Shown here: positions 1 to 7,850 of the stretch, in pieces | How the letters are laid out: the number at the start of each line of letters is the position of its first letter | Numbering within the stretch: the stretch's first letter is position 1 | Source: Bacillota bacterium | GTDB taxonomy: Bacteria; Bacillota; Clostridia; Acetivibrionales; DTU013 | NCBI GenBank assembly: GCA_023439545.1 | Contig: JAEXNT010000031.1 | Coordinates: 25,994-89,993 of the forward strand | DNA: 64,000 bases | Direction: 5' to 3' | Notes under the pieces: generated by a model | Databases searched by the model: none | What the model was told of the DNA's origin: nothing | Seen by the model: the letters and a program-made list of their open reading frames with translations, nothing else | Translations under genes and position numbers: made by a program

Positions 1-210
1 AGCATGTATTTCGACATCATAAGCAAGGATACAATAGCAGAAGGTGCAAAGCTGGTTTTCAAAAGAATGCCGGCTTTGTTTTTATGCAAGTCCTGCGGCA
101 GGGAATACGAAAAGCCAAAAAGCGGTTTCGACTGTCCGCATTGCGGCGGAGAAGGCAGGCTGACCGACGCGGGCAGGGAGTTCTATATCGAAAGTATGGA
201 GGTTGATTAA
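1..210 (+). CDS. hypA: Hydrogenase nickel-insertion protein HypA, C-terminal part (5' end lies outside the window)
   Basis: The frame is open to the window edge. It carries the C-terminal zinc motifs CKSC...CPHC. The stop at 208-210 abuts the hypB start. Confidence 0.85.
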   Translation, partial: SMYFDIISKDTIAEGAKLVFKRMPALFLCKSCGREYEKPKSGFDCPHCGGEGRLTDAGREFYIESMEVD

Positions 211-846
211 GTGGAAATAAAAGTAATGCAAAACATAATGGGCGCCAATGAAAAATTGGCTGAGGAGCTGAGGACCTACCTCGATGGGCATGGTATAACG
301 GAGATCAATGTGATGGCGTCCCCGGGCGCGGGCAAAACTTCTGTCATTATGAAGCTGATGCAGCTTTCAAAGCGCCGTTTCAGCGTTATCGAAGGGGATA
401 TCGCCTCGAGCATAGACGCCGAAAAGATCGACAGGATCGGAGTCCATGTAGTGCAGATCAATACGGGCGGGGAATGCCACCTTGATGCGAATATGATCAG
501 GACGGTCATTACCGGCGATGACGCTTTCGACAATACAGTACTCTTTATCGAGAACGTCGGCAACCTGATATGCCCGTCGTCCTTCGACCTCGGGGAAAAA
601 GTGAAGCTGGTCATAGCAAGCGTTCCCGAAGGGCATGACAAGCCTTTCAAATACACATCCATGTTTAGCGCCGCAGATGTTATAATACTTAATAAGATGG
701 ACCTCATGCCCTACATACAGTTCGACAAGGAGGCCTTCTACAAGGGTATCGCGGCTGTAAACAGCAGGGCGCGTGTCTTCGAAGTATCCTGCGCCACCGG
801 CGAGGGCTTCGACGAGCTGGTAGAGTGGCTTGACGGAGTAAGGTGA
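211..846 (+). CDS. hypB: Hydrogenase maturation GTPase HypB
   Basis: GTG start lies 8 nt after GGAGG (198-202). Motifs: P-loop SPGAGKTS, ECHLDA metal motif, NKMDL GTPase motif. Confidence 0.9.
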   Translation: MEIKVMQNIMGANEKLAEELRTYLDGHGITEINVMASPGAGKTSVIMKLMQLSKRRFSVIEGDIASSIDAEKIDRIGVHVVQINTGGECHLDANMIRTVITGDDAFDNTVLFIENVGNLICPSSFDLGEKVKLVIASVPEGHDKPFKYTSMFSAADVIILNKMDLMPYIQFDKEAFYKGIAAVNSRARVFEVSCATGEGFDELVEWLDGVR

Positions 847-879
847 CACCGGCGCGTCAGACCGAAGGGGTGGTGTTTT

Positions 880-1158
880 GTGAGATTCCGCACTGCAGGC
901 AATCCAGAAAGCAAAAAAGTATTGCTTATACATGCCATGTTTGTGACCCCGGACAGTTTTTCAGCTTTGGTCGAACGTTTGGAAAAGGACTATTTTATAA
1001 TCATGCCGACTTTGGGCACAAAAGAACCTGCCCGGCTTTGTACATTCCGGCTGAGAAGGTACAAGTCCGGCAGCATCGTCAAAAAAAAGGGGTATCGCCA
1101 TTGCGGTTATCTGCTGTCCCATCCTGATGAATATGCAGAAATGCTCAAAAACAAATAA
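880..1158 (+). pseudogene. Truncated alpha/beta-hydrolase fragment, N-terminal paralogue of the gene at 3937-4713
   Basis: 92-aa ORF. KKVLLIHAMF...LEKDYFIIMPT aligns with NPVIILLHGGG...LQKDYFIVTPV of the intact 258-aa hydrolase. The nucleophile elbow and C-terminal two thirds are absent. An A8 run sits at about 1079-1087. Confidence 0.5.
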
Positions 1159-1180
1159 TTCTATATTATCAATTTATTTA

Positions 1181-1209
1181 TTGACATATATTAGAAATAT
1201 CTTTATGAT
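1181..1209 (+). promoter_or_regulatory. Sigma-A type promoter of the tetR-ABC operon
   Basis: -35 TTGACA (1181-1186), 17-nt spacer, -10 TATGAT (1204-1209). Confidence 0.7.
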
Positions 1210-1212
1210 TAA

Positions 1213-1231
1213 CATACCGACAGTCGGTATG
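1213..1231. promoter_or_regulatory. Perfect palindrome, candidate TetR operator
   Basis: CATACCGAC-A-GTCGGTATG has 9-bp perfect arms. It lies between the -10 box and the tetR start codon. Confidence 0.65.
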
Positions 1232-1241
1232 GAGGCATGCT

Positions 1242-1817
1242 ATGTCTGAGAAACAGCCGAAAGAAGTACGTAAGGGGTCGCTATTAGACGCCGCGATAGA
1301 AGAATTCCTGGAAAAGGGGTACGAAGGCGCTTCCGTCGACGCAATCGCAAAAAGGGCAGGAGTCAGTAAGGGAGGCTTGTACCATCATTTCCGCAACAAG
1401 GAAGAGCTCATGCTCGGCGTCAATAAGAAGCTCTCGGAACCCATCTATGAAATGATCGAAAAAGCATGCTCGAACCCCAGCGTGATCGAAGGTATGAGGC
1501 AATATATACGGGATTATCTTTCTCACTGGGCTACCCGCCCGAAGGAACTGGGCTTCTATTTCCTATCCACGTCAAAAGCCTTTGAATCCGTTATTCTTAT
1601 GGATTATTACCGTGAATATATGAATGAATATACGGATATTATCACCGGACTCTATAAAAAGGCGGCCGACAGAGGGGAGATAGAGATAGAGGATCCCGAG
1701 GCATATGGTCTGGCTTTGATCGGTACGTTGGACGGTGTGCTGTCTTATGTGATCACCGGCTCGCAGACGGATATCACCGTACTTGCTGAACGGGTCGGAA
1801 AGGTGCTTCTTAGGTAG
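1242..1817 (+). CDS. TetR/AcrR family transcriptional regulator
   Basis: N-terminal helix-turn-helix (HTH) AIAKRAGVSKGGLYHHFRNKEEL; about 190 aa; first gene of the exporter operon. Confidence 0.9.
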   Translation: MSEKQPKEVRKGSLLDAAIEEFLEKGYEGASVDAIAKRAGVSKGGLYHHFRNKEELMLGVNKKLSEPIYEMIEKACSNPSVIEGMRQYIRDYLSHWATRPKELGFYFLSTSKAFESVILMDYYREYMNEYTDIITGLYKKAADRGEIEIEDPEAYGLALIGTLDGVLSYVITGSQTDITVLAERVGKVLLR

Positions 1818-1828
1818 GGGGGCTGATT

Positions 1829-2785
1829 TTGATTAGGAAAGAGCAAACGTCGTGTCTGTCTGTAGAAGGACTTACAAAGACCTTTAATGATCTGAAGGCT
1901 GTCGACAGTATAAGCTTTACTGTGAACAGAGGCGAGATTTTCGGCCTGCTTGGGCCCAACGGAGCGGGAAAGACTACTGTCATACGTATGATGTGCGGCT
2001 TATTGAGACCCGATGCAGGAAGGATAGTTTTCGGCGGTTTTAATGCGGGCGGCGCCGGCGGGGCATTCAGGGCAAAGATAGGGCTGTGCCCTCAGGACAT
2101 TGTTATATGGGAGATGCTTACTTGCTTCGAACAGCTGAAGTTTTCAGGGATCACCTACGGGCAGGCTGCCGGAGAGGCTTCAAAAAGAGCTGATGAGCTG
2201 CTTGAGTCGCTTTGGCTTTCCGAGAAACGGAATAGACTTGCAAAAACGCTCTCAGGCGGGATGCAGCGCCGGCTGAATATCGCATTGGCGCTCGTTCACG
2301 ATCCCGACCTTGTTATACTCGACGAACCCCAGGCAGGGCTGGATCCGCAAAGCAGGATCCTTGTCCGCGATTTTATACGAAGGCTTTCAAGAAAGAAGAC
2401 CGTCATACTGACGACACATGATATGGATGAGGCGGATCGGCTTTCGGACAGGGTCGCGATAATCGACCATGGCAGGATACTCTCCATGGATTCTCCCGAA
2501 GCTTTAAAAAATAAATCCGGTTTCGTAGACATACTGCAGATCCGTTTGGCGAATCCCGAGGAACAAAAGGTGCGGAATTGGATAAAATCCCTGCCTGAAG
2601 CCTTTTCTGAGAAGAAATACTCGGACGGACTTCTTCTGCTTGGAGGAAACGATTTGCCGGGACTGATCCCGCAGGCGGACAGAATGTTAAAAAACAGCGG
2701 GCTTGAAGCAGTAGATATTACGGTAAGAAAATGTACCCTGGAAGACGTATTCATTTCCATGACTGGAAGGGGGCTAAGGGAATGA
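1829..2785 (+). CDS. ABC transporter ATP-binding protein (ABC-2 exporter type)
   Basis: TTG start after a GGGGGG RBS. Walker A GPNGAGKTT, signature LSGGMQRRL, Walker B LVILDEP. Confidence 0.9.
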   Translation: MIRKEQTSCLSVEGLTKTFNDLKAVDSISFTVNRGEIFGLLGPNGAGKTTVIRMMCGLLRPDAGRIVFGGFNAGGAGGAFRAKIGLCPQDIVIWEMLTCFEQLKFSGITYGQAAGEASKRADELLESLWLSEKRNRLAKTLSGGMQRRLNIALALVHDPDLVILDEPQAGLDPQSRILVRDFIRRLSRKKTVILTTHDMDEADRLSDRVAIIDHGRILSMDSPEALKNKSGFVDILQIRLANPEEQKVRNWIKSLPEAFSEKKYSDGLLLLGGNDLPGLIPQADRMLKNSGLEAVDITVRKCTLEDVFISMTGRGLRE

Positions 2786-3924
2786 AGCTGGCGGCAGTTA
2801 TCATTAAAACGCTGAAGGAGAATATAAGGGATTGGAAGATACTTGTAATTGTACTGATCTTCTCCCCGTTTTTTATTTTTGTGATGAAGCTTTTTTACGG
2901 AGGAGAGTCGACTACCTATAAAATAGGCATACTAGACCTCGACGGAAGGCAGGCCGCAATGAGTTTGAAGCGGCAGCTTTCCAACTATGCGGCTATGGAA
3001 GGCAAGCTGGTATTCGATATTGTGGATTTGAACGGCAAGGATACCCTGATCTCGGATGTAAACGAAAAAAGAATAGATCTCGGTATCATAATCCCCAAAG
3101 ATTACACGGACAGGCTGCAGGATGTCGCATACGACAAAAAAGGCACTCCTGCCATCGTTGAATTTTACGGCAGCTTGGGCAATTCTAGATACATGCTCTC
3201 GTCCGCCGCAGCCTGGGGCCTGATACAGGGACAGGGCCTGGAAGCGGTCAAGGTAATGCTGCCTGCTGAAATCAGGGAAACTTTCACTGAGAAAAAAATC
3301 GTTGTGAATGAATTTGACGGCTTTGTTCCGGGATTGATATCCATGGGTGTACTAATGGTACTTTTTTCAGCTTCAGCTTCATTTGTACGTGAGGACGAGA
3401 AAAAGACGCTGATAAGGCTTAAACTGAGCAATGTAGGCGCATTCAACCTGCTGTTGGGGATAAGCATAGTGCAGGCTGTCATTGCAGTGGCCGCCACCAT
3501 GTTGTCTTACTGGACGGCGCTTGGCCTGGGTTACAAGCCGGTCGGAAAATTCGGTCCGGTTCTTTTTGTCGCTATACTCACCAGTCTTTCCATGATGCCG
3601 GTAAGCCTGATCACCGCAGCATTCCTCAAGTCGGCTTTCGATGTAGCGACTGTAGGCTGCTTTCCTTTTTTCATACTGCTTTTCTTTTCAGGCTGTATGT
3701 TCCCGCTTCCCGGGGTCAGGCTTTTTTCAATTGCGGGACATATTTTCAACGTTTTCGACATCCTGCCGCTTACCCATGCCAGCACGGCTTTCGGAAAGAT
3801 ACTGAACTCGGGAGCAGGGATAGCGGATGTTCTATATGAATTGTCCATGATTCTGCTGCTTACCGTTATCTATTTTATGATAGGACTGCTCCTTTACCGT
3901 AAAAGAAAGCTTTCGAGGGCATAG
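2782..3924 (+). CDS. ABC-2 type transporter permease
   Basis: ATGA start/stop overlap with the ATPase gene (MKLAAVIIK...). One N-terminal TM helix, a large loop and a C-terminal bundle of hydrophobic helices. Confidence 0.8.
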   Translation: MKLAAVIIKTLKENIRDWKILVIVLIFSPFFIFVMKLFYGGESTTYKIGILDLDGRQAAMSLKRQLSNYAAMEGKLVFDIVDLNGKDTLISDVNEKRIDLGIIIPKDYTDRLQDVAYDKKGTPAIVEFYGSLGNSRYMLSSAAAWGLIQGQGLEAVKVMLPAEIRETFTEKKIVVNEFDGFVPGLISMGVLMVLFSASASFVREDEKKTLIRLKLSNVGAFNLLLGISIVQAVIAVAATMLSYWTALGLGYKPVGKFGPVLFVAILTSLSMMPVSLITAAFLKSAFDVATVGCFPFFILLFFSGCMFPLPGVRLFSIAGHIFNVFDILPLTHASTAFGKILNSGAGIADVLYELSMILLLTVIYFMIGLLLYRKRKLSRA

Positions 3925-3936
3925 AATGAAAAATAT

Positions 3937-4713
3937 ATGGAGGTCAGAATTTTGATATTCAAGGACTTTGGGGATAAAAAGAATCCGGTTATCATTCTTC
4001 TGCATGGCGGCGGTTTATCATGGTGGTCATTCAAACCGCAGATCGAATCGCTGCAAAAGGATTATTTCATTGTCACGCCGGTTATTGACGGGCATGGCGA
4101 AGATTGGAACAATACTTTTATTAGCATAGCGAAATCGGCGGAACGGATTGTAGATTATATCAGGGATAATTGTAATGGAAAGGTTCATGCGATCTGCGGC
4201 CTTTCTCTAGGGGCTCAGATTGTTACGGAAGTCCTGTCCCGGGATCGCAGTATCACTGATAACGCAGTTATAGAAAGCGCCCTGGTCTATCCTTTGAAAA
4301 CAGCGACCGAATTAACCCTGCCAATGTACAAGCTGTGTTACGGTTTGATCAAAAAAAGATGGTATGCAAAATTGCAGGCCAAGATCCTGAATGTGCCCGA
4401 AGAATTATTTGAAGCTTATTATGAAGATAGTTCACGGATGACGAAAGAATCTCTGATCAATATTGCAAAAAGTAACGGAGATTATTCGATACCTCCGGCG
4501 CTGAGCAAAACCACGGCACGGGCGTTGATACTAGCCGGTGAGAAGGAACTGCCCGTGATGAAAAAGTCTGCTAAGGCATTGTATGATACTATAAGCGGCA
4601 GTTATTTGAAGGTTGTTAAGAACGCCGGGCATGGAGAGATCAGTCTGATTCGGACGGAAATGTATCTGGACTTGCTGAAACGTCTTTTTTCTAATTCGCT
4701 GGATAAGGAGTAA
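3937..4713 (+). CDS. Alpha/beta hydrolase
   Basis: Oxyanion-hole HGGG, nucleophile elbow GLSLGA, C-terminal GHGE. An alternative in-frame TTG start at 3952 lies 8 nt after GGAGG. Confidence 0.8.
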   Translation: MEVRILIFKDFGDKKNPVIILLHGGGLSWWSFKPQIESLQKDYFIVTPVIDGHGEDWNNTFISIAKSAERIVDYIRDNCNGKVHAICGLSLGAQIVTEVLSRDRSITDNAVIESALVYPLKTATELTLPMYKLCYGLIKKRWYAKLQAKILNVPEELFEAYYEDSSRMTKESLINIAKSNGDYSIPPALSKTTARALILAGEKELPVMKKSAKALYDTISGSYLKVVKNAGHGEISLIRTEMYLDLLKRLFSNSLDKE

Positions 4714-4744
4714 AACGGCGGCTGAGCGGCTGCCTCCGGGAGCA

Positions 4745-5878
4745 TCATTTTATCTCAAGCAGCGCCATAGTTACATCGTCCTGCAGTTCGTTCGCTCTTT
4801 TTATACCTGCAAACTGAAATGCCGATTTTTTGACCTCGAGCAGCAGCTTCCTGGGTTTCATATCGCTGTTCAGCAATACGTTGAGCAGGCGGTCTTCTCC
4901 GAATTGTTCATTTTCTGCATTCCTCATTTCAAGTATCCCGTCTGAGTAAAGGAAAAGCTTGTCGCCGGATTCCAATCTGATTGAGCCGTTTTTATAATCG
5001 GGCTTTTTCATCCAGTTGCTGATCGGTATACCGGGCATTTTAAGCAGTTCGAACTTATTTGCCCCGTATACTGCGGGAATTACGTTCAACCCCGCATTGG
5101 AGTACAGCATCGTTTTATCGTCAAGATCTATGATGGCATAGAAAATCGATATATATAATTCTTCGTCCAGTTTACTCTGGTTGAACTCGGCATAAAGCTC
5201 TTCGAGCGCCTTGGCCGGCGAAAGCAGCTTCTTGTTCAGCGTTGAACGAAGGAACACTGTCAGCAGTGAAGCGGGAACACCGTGTCCCGACACGTCGGCA
5301 AGGTACAGACCCAGATGTGAGCCGTCTATGTGGAAAATGTCGGCAAAATCCCCCCCGAGCGCTTCGCAGGGCATAAAGATCAGGGAATAATCCAGACGCC
5401 TATCCGAAAGGGGGCCGGGCAGCAGGCTTGTCTGAAGTTTGCGGGCCATATCCAGATTGTTTTTAAGCTTTTTGTTCTGCTCCTGCGTCTTTTTATACAA
5501 TTGCTTTAACTGTGTTGTTTCGCGGAGCACTTCAACCGCCGCGATTATTTTGCCTTCGGTATTTCTTAACGGGGAAGACATGACGGAAAAGTATCTGTCG
5601 TCGATCCGCTCTTCTTTTTCAAAGGATTTTCCCTGAAAGACGGCCTTCCTGGAGATACAGTTGCTGCAGGGTCTGCTGCGGCCAAGCACTTCATAACACT
5701 TCATGCATTCGGCATTATCGCCGACGCCTTCAGACATCGCCTTGTTCATAAACAGCACGTTGTTGTCACTGTCGACCACTCTTACCCAGTCGAACATACC
5801 ATTGACGATGTCTTCGATAAATGCCTGGTTTTTTCTCAACGATTCCGTAAGACCACCCCCCATGATAGATGATATCAA
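4745..5878 (-). CDS. PAS-domain PP2C (SpoIIE/RsbU-type) serine phosphatase
   Basis: C-terminal GGDFADIF...LADVSGHGVPAS...YSDGI PP2C motifs. The N-terminal PAS-like region carries CX2CX9CX2C. Confidence 0.85.
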   Translation of the reverse strand: MISSIMGGGLTESLRKNQAFIEDIVNGMFDWVRVVDSDNNVLFMNKAMSEGVGDNAECMKCYEVLGRSRPCSNCISRKAVFQGKSFEKEERIDDRYFSVMSSPLRNTEGKIIAAVEVLRETTQLKQLYKKTQEQNKKLKNNLDMARKLQTSLLPGPLSDRRLDYSLIFMPCEALGGDFADIFHIDGSHLGLYLADVSGHGVPASLLTVFLRSTLNKKLLSPAKALEELYAEFNQSKLDEELYISIFYAIIDLDDKTMLYSNAGLNVIPAVYGANKFELLKMPGIPISNWMKKPDYKNGSIRLESGDKLFLYSDGILEMRNAENEQFGEDRLLNVLLNSDMKPRKLLLEVKKSAFQFAGIKRANELQDDVTMALLEIK

Positions 5879-6033
5879 ATTAGCCAGGTTAAGTAAATCA
5901 CCCGGTCTCTTTATCCAATGAGTACCGGACTCTCATCCAATGAATATAAGATATTTGGCAGCCGCATGAAACAGTAGTAATAAAACCATAAACTCTGGAA
6001 ATAATATATAAAAAAGGGTAATCAGGAGTTAAG

Positions 6034-6633
6034 ATGCTGATAAAAACAGCCGCCGGACAGCAATATATCAACGTTAACAGCACAACTGCATTCCAGTGCT
6101 TTACGGATGTGCTGCATGCGCATATCACGAAGGCGCTCGGAAATGGCCGCAGGTCGCTCGTCTTTGTCTGTATCGGAACCGACAGATCCACCGGTGACAG
6201 CCTCGGTCCGCTTATAGGGCACAAGATATCCGGACTTAAGGCGAAAGGGTTGTATATCTACGGCAATCTGGAACACCCTGTTCACGCAAAGAATCTCGAA
6301 GAAATAACGAAGCGTATCACGAATGATTGCGACAACCCATTTGTAATCGCAATAGACGCATGTCTCGGGAGTATGGAGCATGTAGGCTGGATCGGGATCG
6401 GGGACGGTCCGATAAAGCCAGGCTCTGGCGTAAACAAGGAACTTGCGCCTGTAGGTGACATGTTCGTGACCGGGATAGTCAATTTCGGCGGGTTCATGGA
6501 CTTTCTTGTACTACAGAATACGCGCCTGCATATAGTAATGAAAATAGCCGACCTGATCGCAACGGGTATACGCTATGTCATGTGGAAGCTGGAAAAGGAC
6601 GGGGAGACCCAGCGTTCAAGCGGAATATCCTGA
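6034..6633 (+). CDS. yyaC: Spore protease YyaC-like protein (GPR/hydrogenase-protease fold)
   Basis: Hallmark VFVCIGTDRSTGDSLGPLIG motif; about 200 aa; AGGAG RBS. Confidence 0.8.
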   Translation: MLIKTAAGQQYINVNSTTAFQCFTDVLHAHITKALGNGRRSLVFVCIGTDRSTGDSLGPLIGHKISGLKAKGLYIYGNLEHPVHAKNLEEITKRITNDCDNPFVIAIDACLGSMEHVGWIGIGDGPIKPGSGVNKELAPVGDMFVTGIVNFGGFMDFLVLQNTRLHIVMKIADLIATGIRYVMWKLEKDGETQRSSGIS

Positions 6634-6747
6634 TAAGGTGATAATATACGGCTTTTTTCTGATATGTCCTGAATCCGGCATTTCATTTCGAAACTTATTT
6701 GTTCAGACATTTCTCTAATAATTCGTTATAATTATATAGAATGAGAT

Positions 6748-6895
6748 TTAAGGATCGGCTAAAATATTAGTTCCGATACTTTTATGGGGAATGGAGCGGG
6801 CTGGTCGCATACTTCGTATGCTGCTCGCCCATGTAGCCTGGTTAGTGTAGTTCCCCGTAAAAGCTTATCGGAAATTATATTTTAACGATTCCTAA
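6748..6895 (+). other. About 148-nt extended imperfect hairpin in the 5' leader of the 6935 gene (unclassified cis-regulatory RNA or MITE-like inverted repeat)
   Basis: Left arm TTAAGGATCGGCTAAAATATTAGTTCCGATACTTTTATGGGGAA pairs with right arm TTCCCCGTAAAAGCTTATCGGAAATTATATTTTAACGATTCCTAA. The inner core holds hairpin GCATAC-ttc-GTATGC. A candidate promoter (-10 TATAAT 6727-6732) lies just upstream. Confidence 0.5.
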
Positions 6896-6934
6896 GCGAA
6901 TTATCATTTCACATATAAGTTTCGGAGGTATTTT

Positions 6935-7459
6935 ATGAACAGAACAGGAAAGACAATCGGGGGAATATTCATATTAATCGGTATCATGTTCCTCCTCAAG
7001 AATTTTCACATATTCGAGCCTTTTTGGAGCGTATTTGATCTGGGCTTCATATTATCAAGGTTCTGGGCGGCTATCTTCATTATATTGCCGGGCATATTGT
7101 TTCACACGGGCTTTCTCTCCGGTAACAGAAGGAATCCCGGGCTGCTGGTGCCGGGCGGTATTTTGCTGGTAACGGGCGCAGCGCTTCAGATCGGCGCGCT
7201 TTTCGGCGGCTGGAACATAATCTGGCCACTATTCATTTTCGCACCCGCATTCGGATTATTTGAACTTTACTATTTTGGCAACAGGGAAAAGGGACTGCTG
7301 ATACCCGTCGGCATACTCACAGGGCTTTCGGCGCTGTTCTTCCTGTCGTTTTCACTTGGCAAGCTGATAAGCTTCAGCACGAAACCGTTCGTATTGCCGC
7401 TCATACTGATAGGAATAGGCATTGCAGTACTGTACAGGGGCAAAAGTAAAAAATACTGA
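6935..7459 (+). CDS. Polytopic membrane protein of unknown function
   Basis: 174 aa, almost entirely hydrophobic helices, GGAGG RBS. No catalytic motif recognised. Confidence 0.6.
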   Translation: MNRTGKTIGGIFILIGIMFLLKNFHIFEPFWSVFDLGFILSRFWAAIFIILPGILFHTGFLSGNRRNPGLLVPGGILLVTGAALQIGALFGGWNIIWPLFIFAPAFGLFELYYFGNREKGLLIPVGILTGLSALFFLSFSLGKLISFSTKPFVLPLILIGIGIAVLYRGKSKKY

Positions 7460-7534
7460 GAATTTTCCGTTTATCGCTCCGTTCCCGGGGGAATATAGTT
7501 AATGAAAATATATTGGAAACGGAGATGATATGTA

Positions 7535-7693
7535 ATGGATAAGTACGTTTGCACAGCTTGCGGTTATGTTTATGATCCTGCGGCAGGGGATCCGGATTCA
7601 GGGATCGCTCCCGGCACAAAATTCGAGGATATTCCGGAGGATTGGGTTTGCCCGGTTTGCGGAGTAGGAAAGGACATGTTCGAAAAAGAGTAA
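7535..7693 (+). CDS. rub: Rubredoxin (52 aa)
   Basis: Read directly from the DNA: [52 protein letters not shown]. It has both CxxCG knuckles and the conserved aromatic residues. It falls below the ORF-track length cutoff. Confidence 0.9.
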   Translation: MDKYVCTACGYVYDPAAGDPDSGIAPGTKFEDIPEDWVCPVCGVGKDMFEKE

Positions 7694-7711
7694 ATACTTG
7701 AAAATTTGTTA

Positions 7712-7739
7712 TTGATTCAGTAATATTTTATGTTATAAT
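7712..7739 (+). promoter_or_regulatory. glnA promoter with extended -10
   Basis: -35 TTGATT (7712-7717), 16-nt spacer, TGtTATAAT (-10 at 7734-7739). Confidence 0.65.
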
Positions 7740-7769
7740 GAAGACAATAAAAAACGGGCAAATCTGCTA

Positions 7770-7825
7770 TTAAGAACAAAGGCGTTCTTAAACGGGTCTA
7801 AATACCAGCTTAAGACGCTTTTTTT
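7770..7825 (+). promoter_or_regulatory. glnA leader with mutually exclusive hairpin and intrinsic terminator (attenuator)
   Basis: Perfect 8-bp hairpin TTAAGAAC-AAAGGC-GTTCTTAA (7770-7791). Its 3' arm is also the 5' arm of a terminator stem (7782-7791 with 7810-7818, one bulge) followed by T7 (7819-7825). Confidence 0.6.
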
Positions 7826-7850
7826 GATGTATTGCTCTGGAGGTGTTAGA

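Noticed and set aside
843-1127. 94-aa ORF overlapping the hydrolase fragment in another frame.
   Set aside because: No RBS, a Cys/His/Arg-rich nonsense-like sequence, and overlap with the frame that shows hydrolase similarity.
5964-5993. Forespore sigma-G/F-like promoter upstream of yyaC (GCATG-18 nt-CATAAAC).
   Set aside because: The -10 element matches only 5 of 7 consensus positions. This is not enough to call without TSS data.
6748-6895. Possible identity of the large leader hairpin as a yybP-ykoY (Mn), ydaO (c-di-AMP) or 6S RNA.
   Set aside because: GGGGAAUGGAGC and the GCAUAC hairpin vaguely recall the yybP-ykoY motifs, but their order and the four-way junction do not fit. The ydaO hallmark GGGUGAAUC and the ACGGGGA/CCCG pairs are absent. 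The element is shorter than 6S RNA and lacks a central bubble layout. It is left unclassified.
7731-7747. TnrA/GlnR box (TGTNAN7TNACA) overlapping the glnA -10 region (TGTTATAATGAAGACAA).
   Set aside because: The right half-site does not match at the required spacing (GACAA instead of TNACA), and only one degenerate site is present.
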